A stretch of 64,000 nt of DNA from Phoronis australis (lineage: Eukaryota; Animalia; Phoronida). Positions 50,821 to 62,289 of this stretch are shown piece after piece. Location: NCBI GenBank assembly GCA_002633005.1, contig NMRA01000050.1, positions 1,049,751 to 1,113,750 of the forward strand, in the 5' to 3' direction. The notes under the pieces were generated by a model that was not told the origin of the DNA, searched no databases, and saw nothing but the letters and a program-made list of their open reading frames with translations. Each line of letters begins with the position of its first letter. Positions within the stretch are counted from its first letter, which is position 1. The position numbers and the translations under genes are program-made.

Positions 50821-53800
50821 CAGTTTCTACTTTGGTTGCAAAGGACAGGATTGAAACAGTCAACCACAAAGCACAATGGATATATAACAGGTGGCAAATT
50901 TACTACAAGGAATGTTGAAATGCTTGCACGCCGTAGTCTAAGTACATAGTTTCCGAATTTTTGTCAACACTCCAAGAATAATAACATAACCACTGCGGTC
51001 AATCACATCAAAGTCCCTGGATCATAGACACCACATGCATGTAGACCGGGCGCGCGCCACTCAAGATACATGAAGTTCGCGTTGTCAATATGACGCTATA
51101 TTGGAGAGAGTTACACACGACAAAAATGGCGGAAAACACTATGAGCCCTACGGCATCAATCAGAATATCCGGAGCTTCGCAGTGATATGCCTGCAGCCAA
51201 AGAGTTTTAATTTTTGGTTCTACCAAAAAGTCATGGGATTTTTGGTTCGGCCATGGAGCTCAGTGGTTCTGCCACTAGGTTTTTTGTTCTGAAACCACAG
51301 TTTGAAGCGACTATGCGTTGTTTCCACATCAGTCTTGGTGACTGATTGTTATTGACCAGCGTATGCTGTTAGCCAATGATGATGCTGTCTGTTAATTGTA
51401 ATTAAGTAAATATTTGGAATTAATTACTCGTACTGAAAAAGATTATCCCCTAACTTTCTCGCCAGCCATCCAAATCAGTACATCTAAATAAATAATGCAA
51501 TCTCTATTCAAATATATGCTGCTTTAAAAATTCATTTCTTAATATATATTCCAAAATTAGATGTTTTCGTTTGTATCAAAACAAACAAATCCCTGCAAAA
51601 TGTGTACTTTTGTCGAAGTAGAAATTTACACTGCTCACTTACGAGCTCTTTGTTTTGCGACTCAAAACTTGCGCAAAAAGTAAGGTGCATAGTAACCAAA
51701 ATGTCAAATCTGTACGACTGAATTGGGCAACCGAGCTGTAGTATACCCGCTTAATTATTCGGAGAAAACTTGTTTTCCGTACACATAACCTATAGGAGCC
51801 TTAACAATGTTAGCTATTTCAACATTCACTGACAATGTCAACTGACTCTTCAGAGCGTAATTAACTTAATTAGACCTGTCATTAAAACATACCGTTCCCA
51901 GCCAACTCTTGCTGTTGTTTCTCACCTACTTTTAAAGAGTGGGTCAGAGTTCATTGTTATACGCATAGCCTGTACATGTCCGTTTGATACGGAACCTAGT
52001 AAAAATGGATAAAACTCGAATCAGTGGTTAAAGCATGTCGTAAGCACGAGATCGAAACATCAAAATTAATTAAGTCAATTAAGGAATTAGGATGAGTATT
52101 TATCTCTTCAAAACTTGCTGTGTTCATGAACACAGATCGAGGCATGAGACGATCGACTGGTAGAATTCGTTTTGAACGCCAACCGTCGTATGCATGTAAC
52201 CTCACAACTCCCTTGGAATCACAACTATGTTTTCTCCCTGGCACAATTCTATGATAAGTACATTCGATGATTCAATCTTTTTGGTGACTTTCTGAATGAA
52301 AGGACTGAGGGTATACGAAACTGCTCTGTAACCTGGTGGGACATTTCATTTAAATGAAAGCCCTTCAACATTTGACCTCGGATATGTAGTAAACAAGTAT
52401 CCGCGCGGTTGCGCGGTTCCAAGGTGGTTCTGCTAAATCTTTTTATTCTCGCCACGTGGTATAAATTTTTATTTGAAATTCCTCCAGTATTAAGATAGTG
52501 TACATTTTTCTATATTTCGCTAGGCACGTGAAATGTTGTAAAAATTAGTACAGTATCGTAACCTTTGTTACATAATTGGCCATCATCGATAATGAGGTCA
52601 TTGAAGAAGTCATGTATTACATGAACATTAATATTCCCCACACAGGTCTTTCGGTGTCTGTGTTGGGACCATCTCTGGCCTGCTTATGTCTACCTGCATT
52701 TTCCTTTGTTCTCGCAAAACTAATGTGAGCGCAAGAAACTGACAAAAGAAGTGTACCTAAACTATAACAAAAATCCCATTACCATGTCTTCACATCTGTT
52801 CCCTACGTCAAGTGAGCCTTGTACCTTATCAAATATATACAAATGCATACTATTTTTAGTGTATATATTTTTATTTTTCAATATAATGTATGAAATAATA
52901 TCACAATTCTAAAATCTATTGGAAATTAAACATTCGATTAAATTAATTCATTGAGTTACCATATTTATTTTTCTAATATAGGTACTGCGTCACCACTGTA
53001 TACAGTATGTGCCAAATCAAAACAGTAACACGCTGATTTTTGTAAGAGCGAAACATTGCCATTGGCGTAAACGTGATCTTAAATTGAGGTAATATTCAAA
53101 CTGAAAATCCAAACTACGTTAATAACTTGTGTGTAAATATGAACTAAAGTTCCAGCGTCTTGGCTGAGTGATGTGTATCCTTAGACGTTTAGTTTTAACG
53201 AGTAGTACATGTGTTTAGAGTACAAGACAACGACGATGACAGTGGTACAGTGTACACGACAAAGTAGTGAGTAGTATAGATTTACAAAACAAAAACAAAT
53301 GTAAAAATTACTTTTCTAATGTGATGATGACCAATTCTGTTAACAGCAAAAATTAGAAACAATAAGTATTATGGTTGTACGCATGTATATCCTAATAACT
53401 TAGCCCGCTTGTTAAATTTCCATTTAAATCCCCGCATGGTCATAAGGGAAGACTATGACAACAACATACACTTCCGCCCAGTCGTCATGACAGAAAAATA
53501 AGGATTATTTCTTCTGAATACTTTTGACGTGTACTCTTCCGACTCATATGTTTTTCTTTAGTTGCTCTCCGCCGAGAGCACATTTTATCAGAGATTGCAA
53601 GACCCGTCTTAGCGAAGGCTTTTTTAACTTCAATTTTGATCTGCACAAAATTCATTACATGATTCGCTGCGGTTGCTATGACAGGGTGTGACAAAATTAT
53701 CATCTTAACATCAACTGCAACGTTTTCGCTCTAAAATGGATCGTTGAATGCGTTTGCAATGACGTGCCTACCATCGGTTGCACCCTTTTCTGCGTTCTCT

Positions 53801-54213
53801 CATTTGTTCCTCTTCATTACAATTGGTTAATTGGCGCGCATGCGCACGAAACTTGCACACGAGTGTATGCAGAAGCTAATTCTTATAATTATATTTACCG
53901 TTCATGTCACGTTGACGTGCTAATTACATTTGCAGAGAAGTCTTATAGTGGGGGTATTTAAAATGCAACGACTTAAATTCCTGTGCAAAGAAGCCAGTGT
54001 TTACAAGTGGTGGGAAATTCACAACAGCACACCAGGTCACACACTGCAACGTAACCCAACGCTTACTCAACTCGGAGCTCTCAAGCAAGTTAATTAAAGT
54101 CTCTCCTAATTACCTACCGCTGTTTGCTTTGTGGGATGAATCCTCAGAAAGGTTCTCGACCTCACATCAACGAAAAGGTTTTCTGGAACATTCGTCATTT
54201 TTCTAAAACAAAG

Positions 54214-54517
54214 ATGGGCAACTTCGTGGCTTTCAGCATTTATCTTTCCGTCGCCTGTACTTTCCAGGTTTGGCCTTTTCAAAGACATCGGCAATATGCT
54301 GTCGTTAAATCGAAGCGTTTAATACATGTTACTGCAAAAAATTTCACCGCCCTGTCTCGCCTGCATTGCGGAGATGTTTGTTTCCGTGACGAAAAATGTT
54401 TTTGCTTTGATTTCAACATGTTCAACAATGTGTGTCGACTATTCCCATGCATGGACGCGTCCAACATGACTGACGATCCGGATTGGGACGTCTACAATTC
54501 AAGCTGCGTGATATCTG
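54214..54517 (+). CDS. Exon 1: signal peptide + PAN/Apple domain
   Basis: LHCGDVCFRDEKCFCFDFNMFNNVCRLF...WDVY; donor G|GTAAAC, phase 1. Confidence 0.85.
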
Positions 54518-55719
54518 GTAAACACTTTGTTTTTAGTAATGACGAAATCACACAGCAATGTTCAAGGAGTGTATTTCGAAAATGGGCTTACCTTCATTGT
54601 TGGGCTCAAGGATATATAAATAGAAAATGTGACTATTGAATCGCAACATTTCATAGGCTGCCTGTTTCCAAAAGTCATCTCGAACTTAAGTACTGTATGT
54701 AGTAAAAGAAGAACGAATTGCCACTTTAGTACTGTCGTCCAGGAACGAAAATCACTTAATAACGATCACTGGATCCGTAATCTGTTTTCTGAAGTGTCCA
54801 TTGTCTTCCTGAGTTACTCGTGTTTGGAGCCATACCCGGCTAATGTTCCATATCATGTACGTTGAAGCAGGCCACCATATTCAGACTGGCAACTGAAAAC
54901 TTCGGTGTTTCCAGGAAACTCTACATTTAGATAAGACAAAGGATCTGAATAGAAACTTAAATTAATCAGTAGCTTTATATGCTGTTCAAATATTTTTTGA
55001 CTAAGCTTAATTGTCAAATTTGCCATTTTGATTGTTTGACCCTAATGTTCAAGCAAAATGTGCGCATTTTGATAAGAAGCAGGAAATACTACCATTAAAT
55101 CAACCAACACACCACTGTGTTGTCTGTAGCCTAGATAGCGGTGGGGACTCGTTGTAATTCGGGGTCCACAAACCTGAGCAAGTTTTCATCAGACTCATTA
55201 ATAAATCAACGACAATGTCCCATTCTAACCAGTTGTTCCTTCGGAGCCATGAAAACACCTCCAAAATGACTAAAGGGGGCATTTGAGAACAATATCGCAA
55301 ATGTATATGTAAGTGTTCTAAACCGATATGGCGGGACTGAACTGTCACTGAACACAAACAGGACACCGTGAAACAAGGAGGCTAAATGAAAACATGCATT
55401 TATTTTGTTGAAGGTTTATGAAGCACTCCTTCATCATTATTATTCGATGTTTTCAGATTCCCCCGACGTTTGCACAGACATGGGCGCAACTAATGTTCAG
55501 CATTACTACTTCGCGGACCTTAGTACAACCACTGCCGAAGGGATTATTGCGGTTTGTTTGGTTCAAAAATAGTTATCTGTTACGTGCTTCGGGTCTCACA
55601 AGAGTACCAGTGCGACAGCTTTGTGACACAAATCTGAAACTTTTGAATAGAGCTGATATATATATATATATATATCAGCTCTATTCAAAAGTATATATAT
55701 ATACTTTTGAATAGAGCTG

Positions 55720-55755
<36 letters not shown>

Positions 55756-58700
55756 GTGTATATATTGTAATTTATACATCCCAATTTGTCTAAATGCGCT
55801 GGCATTAGATGTTGAAGAAAACGTCTTACTTGCAAATAATTCGTTGTTAGCCAGTCTGATGACAGAAACAATGTCCAAATCGAGAATCCAGTTTTTTTTT
55901 CTTTTTAGGGGGTGGAAATGATGAATCAAGATAGAGTTGCCCGAGGACAAACAATTTTTTTCGTCAGTTTTGATTAGTCTAATAAATAAGCTTATGTGTG
56001 CAATGAACATTCTTGACTGAGCAGTTAGAAACTAATAATGTACCATCTTCCGCATACTCGCCCAACGGAAATTTAAGTTTCCAGTGCTTCGTGTTATGCA
56101 TATATATTGCCTTTACGGAACATGAGTTATCCTATGGTATGTTCAATCCCAAAACGGTCACAAAGATGAATATGTGAATAGAAGCGCGACTGTTTGGTAG
56201 GGTTTTATCCGTTGGTGAAAAGATTTAAATAACTAACTGAAGTGTTAATACATGCGCATTACTTCCTACATTAGTTCAAAAGCATCACGCTGGCTACACG
56301 GAAGTCATGGTTTGACAAGTGCGATGAACGTTTTTGTCTTTGGGCCTGACTTTAATCTGAATGTACATGCACTGTATATAACTGCGAGAACTTTCAATAA
56401 TTCACATCGGTGTCTACGCTGAACGTTCACACGTCTACCGTAAACACTAGCCCACGGTAGTTCCTTGTTGTTTTCTCCAGGCATAATAATGCGACACGAA
56501 AAAAATACTTCGATTAATAGTTGTAATACAGGCAAACATGTTTTCTTGAATTCCAAGAGAACCGCTGAGACTATCTGGAAAGTCCAATCCAGCCAGTATA
56601 TCAAACGTCTGGTCGAGTTTTAAACGGAATGCGTTTAAACTTAATTTTTCGGGGAAACCGCTTTGTTTATTTTTTAAATATGATTTCATCCATTGGAAAA
56701 CTCATTTCGGCAATCACTGGGCGTACTCATCAGAACTGCCTTGCGCAACCACAAGTGCATGAAGTCAACAGCGCCTGGGTTGCTTAGTATTGGGTAATGT
56801 TGTCTTAATTCGGTGTTTGACATGTTGTAGAGTCTGACATACGGAAAGAAACTGAGTTACACATCACTTCGTCTGCAGTTCCGCGGTGTTCTCAGGTCGG
56901 CGTACAACCGTACAGGCTGTAGTCGTTGGTACTTCCTCATCAACGGGCAGTCGTGTCAAAATCCTGGTCCTATCGAAATCACGTGGTTGAATGGTGCACG
57001 GCTAAATCGCTACCATTCTTCCAGAGGTGCGTATATGTATGCTAGCGTTGTGAACACATTGCAAAATTTTGTAATGAAATATTATTCTTTTCATATATTT
57101 AATATATGGACTATCCGTAGACAGATATTAAACTTGTTTTTTTTTGTGAGTCACTGAAAACTGGTTCTGCCGCACAATACTGAGCATTTGGTTCATGGTC
57201 AACACGTTTCCCGACCCAATGTTTTAGATCAGGTGTCCTACTTCTAAAAACATATCCGTCCACGGCCATGCTGTTTTCTGACGTGCTTGGACAAAAGTAC
57301 ATTCCGTTCAGCGGTGCTGTGCAGATTTTCCCAAAGACCAGGCACTACTATTTCTGGGGTTTGGAGCGGAATTTTATTTTCGGCCTCCATCCATACCATT
57401 CCTACCACTGCATCTGCAGTCTAGGTACGGTAAATTTCTCGCACACCTCATAAAATTCAGGGCAAGCGGGGAGGGCACGGCCCCCCCAAACTTTTTCAGG
57501 CGTTAGGGATAAACCGTGACAACCGACGTCTGGGTAGGGAATAGTATAGTAAACAAAGAGTGCGAAATGCAGATAAGACAGAAAACTCACAAGAAGAGTG
57601 TACAACTCTGCATCAGTTCATGGTTTATCTTTTGAGGACCATCAGCTTCCCAGGACATTGCTGCTGAGGTCTCCGCTTTCGCACCACAAGTCGTCTAAAT
57701 GCACTAGGAAACGCTCATATATTTCGAAAAATCGACAAAATTTGTGAAGTGATGTTTTTGCGGAGCGGATTAAGTTACTGGATTTTTAAATTCAGNNNNN
57801 NNNNNNNNNNNNNNNNNNNNNNNNTTTTTTTTTCTTTTTAGGGGGTGGAAATGATGAATTAAGATAGAGTTGCCCGAGGACAAACAATTTTTTTCGTCAG
57901 TTTTGATTAGTCTAATAAATAAGCTTATGTGTGCAATGAACATTCTTGACTGAGCAGTTAGAAACTAATAATGTACCATCTTCCGCATACTTGCCCAACG
58001 GAAATTTAAGTTTCCAGTGCTTCGTGTTATGCAAATATATTGCCTTTACGGAACATGAGTTATCCTATGGTATGTTCAATCCCAAAACGGTCACAAAGAT
58101 GAATATGTGAATAGAAGCGCGACTGTTTGGTAGGGTTTTATCCGTTGGTGAAAAGATTTAAATAACTAACTGTAGTGTTAATACATGCGCATTACTTCCT
58201 ACATTAGTTCAAAAGCATCACGCTGGCTACACGGAAGTCATGGTTTGACAAGTGCGATGAACGTTTTTGTCTTTGGGCCTGACTTTAATCTGAATGTACA
58301 TGCACTGTATATCACTGCGAGAACTTTCAATAATTCACATCGGTGTCTACGATGAACGTTCACACGTCTACCGTAAACACTAGCCCACGGTAGTTCCTTG
58401 TTGTTTTCTCCAGGCATAATAATGCGACACGAAAAAAATACTTCGATTAATAGTTGTAATACAGGCAAACATGTTTTCTTGAATTCCAAGAGAACCGCTG
58501 AGTCTATCTGGAAAGTCCAATCCAGCCAGTATATCAAACGTCTGGTCGAGTTTTAAACGGAATGCGTTTAAACTTAATTTTTCAGCGCAACCACAAGTGC
58601 ATGAAGTCAACAGCGCCTGGGTTGCTTAGTATTGGGTAATGTTGTCTTAATTCGGTGTTTGACACGTTGTAGAGTCTGACATACGGAAAGAAACTGAGTT

Positions 58701-61700
58701 ACACATCACTTCGTCTGCAGTTTCGCGGTGTTCTCAGGTCGGCGTACAACCGTACAGGATGTAGTCGTTGGTACTTCCTCATCAACGGGCAGTCGTGTCA
58801 AAATCCTGGTCCTATCGAAATCACGTGGTTGAATGGTGCACGGCTAAATCGCTACCATTCTTCCAGAGGTGCGTATATGTATGCTAGCGCTGTGAACACA
58901 TTGCAAGTTTTTGTAATGAAATACTATTCTTTTCATTTATTTAATGTATGGACTATCCGTAGACAGATATTAAACTTGTTTTTTTGTGAGTCACTGAAAA
59001 CTGGTTCTGCCGCACAATACTAAGCATTTGGTTCATGGTCAACACGTTTCCCGACCCAATGTTTTAGATCAGGTGTCCTACTTCTAAAAACATATCCGTC
59101 CACGGCCATGCTGTTTTCTGACGTGCTTGGACAAAAGAACATTCCGTTCAGCGGTGCTGTGCAGCTTTTCCCAAAGACCAGGCACTGCTATTTCTGGGGT
59201 TTGGGAGCGGAATTTTATTTTCGGCCTCCATCCATACCATTCCTACCACTGCATCTGCAGTCTAGGTACGGTAAATTTCTCGTACACCTCATAAAATTCA
59301 GGGCAAGCGGGGAGGGCACGGGTCCCCCAAACTTTTTCAGGCGTTAGGGTTAAACCGTGACAACCGACGTCTGGGTAGGGAATAGTATAGTAAACAAAGA
59401 GTGCGAAATGCAGATAAGACAGAAAACTCACAAGAAGAGTGTACAACTCTGCATCAGTTCATGGTTTATCTTTTGAGGACCATCAGCTTCCCAGGACATT
59501 GTTGTTGAGGTCTCCGCTTTCGCACCACAAGTCGTCTAAATGCACTAGGAAACGCTCATATATTTCGAAAAATCGACAAAATTTGTGAAGTGATGTTTTT
59601 GCGGAGCGGATTAAGTTACTGGATTTTTAAATTCAGCAAGTCAATTCTGCGACTGCAAAACCATTTTTTTTCCAGAGACCCCTCTCTGGCAAGGGATAAC
59701 GGAGACAACTGTCGCTTTTTTTCTCGAATTGTATGTCACTGGAGAAAAATTGATTGACAGATATAATCAATTGCTGCACATTTCTTAATTTTTGAAAATA
59801 TACATGCAGATATTTCACATAGAGGAGACCCACTTCTGAAGGACGCCATTAATGCCATTCTAGTGACCACAGTTTTTATATTTGTATTGACAAATTCTTA
59901 AGGGTAAGTTCACGGAGAGAAGACCCAATGTTGAACTCGATTACGTCTGTTTTCCTGTTTTTCGTGAAATCGTGCAATCGTGTTCAAGAAGGTCACCTCC
60001 TGCACCGGCGTCTGACCACAGCACGACGATGGAATGAACTGTCACTCTTTTCCGAGCTTAATGATATTTAGCTTTTCCCACTAAGGTGTCCCATTTCAGA
60101 CGGGACCCTCTCTCGGTGGAGCAGTTCGGAGAAATGTCCATTTGTCCCTCTTTACATGTAAATCCGACACTGCCAAGTATTCGCGGGGGAAGTTGTAACT
60201 CGAAATTCATTAAAAACACAAAAAATTCGTGCCAAGCACAGCAATATCAAGACATTTGACCCAAACTTTCAAACATGTAAAAAAATTCAATAGGATTGAT
60301 CGCCATCGAAAGGGAGTCAGGAATTTTAAAGAAAGTGAAGACAGCTGTTTTTAATTGCACAAAAGAACTGTTTTCGATGGTTAGTTATAAAATAACGTTA
60401 CTGTTTCGCTTGTCATCACAAGAATAGTATCTCTTGTGAAGATGGTTACTATGAGTTGCTTTTCAAGGAATCCTCACATGTGGAAAACACAACCATTGGG
60501 GTAAGCGTGTGCATGTCGAAAGAGTGTACCCAAATACAAGCAATAATAAACAAATTAAATATTTCAGCGCTTTTTTGAGGTCAAGTTAAATTCGTGAACC
60601 ATAATAGATACCCCGGAAAGAACATATATATACCTCACTATGAATGCGCATTCTCCCATATTCCGCCGGTTACCCGTCAAAAGTCTGCGAGCCTGCATGC
60701 GGAAATTGCTTATAACATTCTCTTTTGATTAACAAATTCGTTGGTTTCGGACTTACATGTTTATGAATCTACATGTACGAAAACCGATATATTAATAGGT
60801 GATTTTTGGCCACTAGAAGCTAATCTTTTAAGAAATGATCACAATTCAGGGAATGTAGTTGAGTCCTGAATATGGAAAAAATATAATCTGTGCCCCCCAA
60901 TATTTTTTCCTTCCTACGCGCCTGAAATGTTACCCTTTCTTTTATAGTCGATGGTATCTGCGACCATATTCCTGATGGAGCAGTACAAGTGCATTTTGTC
61001 GTTGGAGCCTGTGGTGATATGGAAAGTCCTGCCGACAGTGTCACTGGGTGGCCATTCGCAGATGAGATCGCGCTGTCATTCACTATAGAGGAAAATGACA
61101 TGAGGCAGACAGAAGGTGTGCTGTTGAAATGCTTAAAAGTACACCAGGCTCACGCGCTCAAAAACAAGCATTCAAAACTTGCTCTCTCGATGTAAATAAG
61201 CAAAGGAAAACAGCCCCTATTTGCAGCGCCCTCATGTGGCCAAGTTATCTCTGCATTCACCACGACACCATGAATTTTTAATACGAAAATCACTACGCAC
61301 GCCAATAAAATATTAATGTACTATTAAATCAAAGCACAATACTTGCGTAACTCACTTTGGTATGTAGAGAAATTAAAAGACAAGGTTGGAGCCAAGTACA
61401 CGTGGGCTCCCGAAAATTGATTAAAAAGGGAAGTCCTAATTTGATTAGCACATCATAGATTTCTCGAAACGTTAATTAAAACGTGCATCCTGACGTCATA
61501 TATATGCAATGAGCCACCAAGAGGCTACAATGTTTTAACAACGGTAGAGATTTTGGCTCAATCAAGGAATCGTGAATAATTTTTCAGGAGTCCTGTATAA
61601 CATTAAAGGTTTTGTTCCTGTTTCAATTTTGTCTAAAAATGTCTGAGAACGATGTCTGTAGGAAAAATAAATGAGAAATTTGGTCGAAAAGTTCGTTTGA

Positions 61701-61837
61701 ATGCTTTGAAATTGTTGACTTTCTTGGAAGAACTCATGTGTATACCCTCTTCAGGTAAATGCCCGTCCTTGCCGAGGTTTAACATCCAGCAAAACGTGTG
61801 GTTTGGAGAGCGCACCATCAACCGCGGCATTCTTTGG
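54214..61837 (+). CDS. Secreted PAN/Apple + tandem CTHRC1-C-terminal-domain protein, 3' incomplete; exons 54214-54517, 55457-55551, 56831-57026 (duplicate 58673-58868), 60948-61115, 61755-61837
   Basis: Signal-like N-terminus (MGNFVAFSIYLSVACT) and PAN Cys pattern C-x3-C-x5-C-x2-F...C. It continues NVQHYYFADLSTTTAEGIIA/SLTYGKKLSYTSLRLQFRGVLR...CSRWYFLINGQSCQNPGPIE...HSSR/VDGICDHIPDGAVQVHFVVGAC...DSVTGW...FTIEE, which matches the CTHRC1 C-terminal domain motifs as I recall them. Splice phases are compatible. Confidence 0.8.
55457..55551 (+). CDS. Exon 2: start of CTHRC1-like domain 1
   Basis: TTTCAG acceptor; DSPDVCTDMGATNVQHYYFADLSTTTAEGIIA; phase 1-0. Confidence 0.75.
55639..55745. repeat. 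Forward-inverted-forward triplication of a 17-mer separated by (AT)n
   Basis: ACTTTTGAATAGAGCTG (AT)n CAGCTCTATTCAAAAGT (AT)n ACTTTTGAATAGAGCTG (AT)n. Confidence 0.9.
56831..57026 (+). CDS. Exon 3: CTHRC1-like core (copy A)
   Basis: 196 nt, phase 0-1, CSRWYFLINGQSC..PGPIE. Confidence 0.8.
58673..58868 (+). CDS. Exon 3 (copy B, probably allelic)
   Basis: Same translation as copy A; the differences I saw are synonymous. Confidence 0.6.
60948..61115 (+). CDS. Exon 4: end of CTHRC1-like domain 1
   Basis: VDGICDHIPDGAVQVHFVVGACGD...DSVTGW...FTIEE; donor G|GTGTGC, phase 1. Read-through would stop at 61195. Confidence 0.8.
61755..61837 (+). CDS. Exon 5: start of a second CTHRC1-like domain
   Basis: GKCPSLPRFNIQQNVWFGERTINRGILW; same phase 1-0 structure and C...N.Q......GI pattern as exon 2; CTCTTCAG acceptor, GTGAG donor. 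Confidence 0.65.
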
Positions 61838-62289
61838 GTGAGATTTTTGCTAATGTCACCTTTTTTACACATATTCACATGTACGGTAAGAAGCAGTCTA
61901 CAAGGATCTTACAAAGTTATCATCTGCCATTTGAAATAATCTTCGAAACATTTACTTCCAATAGTTAAGCATTTCTTGAAAAGCAACTTAAACCTAGACA
62001 CCGAATCCGTCTCAAAATTTCCTTTGCCATTGAAGGCTTGTGTGTGCGTCACTACACAACATGAACCTGTTACAAAAATTGACTGTGGCCCTTCATTTCA
62101 AATTTGAAGCCCGCTTTAATCCAGTAAAATGTTATACTGAATTTTTGTGAGAAAACCCAGTTTGTTAAACTTTGGTGTCAGTGAAGATTCATGATGCAGC
62201 AGCGGCCAATTTGCACTCTCAAGAAATATCTAGGAGCAGGCCCAATTTGGGGTCAGTTTAGAGGTAGACTTTGAATGTTGGCTTAGTGA

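Larger units (their letters stand above)
55892..59636 (+). repeat. ~1.8-1.9 kb near-identical tandem duplication (55892-57795 / 57824-59636) flanking an N gap
   Basis: Near-identical copies with scattered SNPs and a ~90-bp indel (56651-56742); 28 Ns at 57796-57823. Confidence 0.9.

Noticed and set aside
56305-56604. Duplicated 99-aa minus-strand ORF (also 58238-58537)
   Set aside because: Duplicated only because it lies in the gap-flanking duplication; intronic antisense with no domain.
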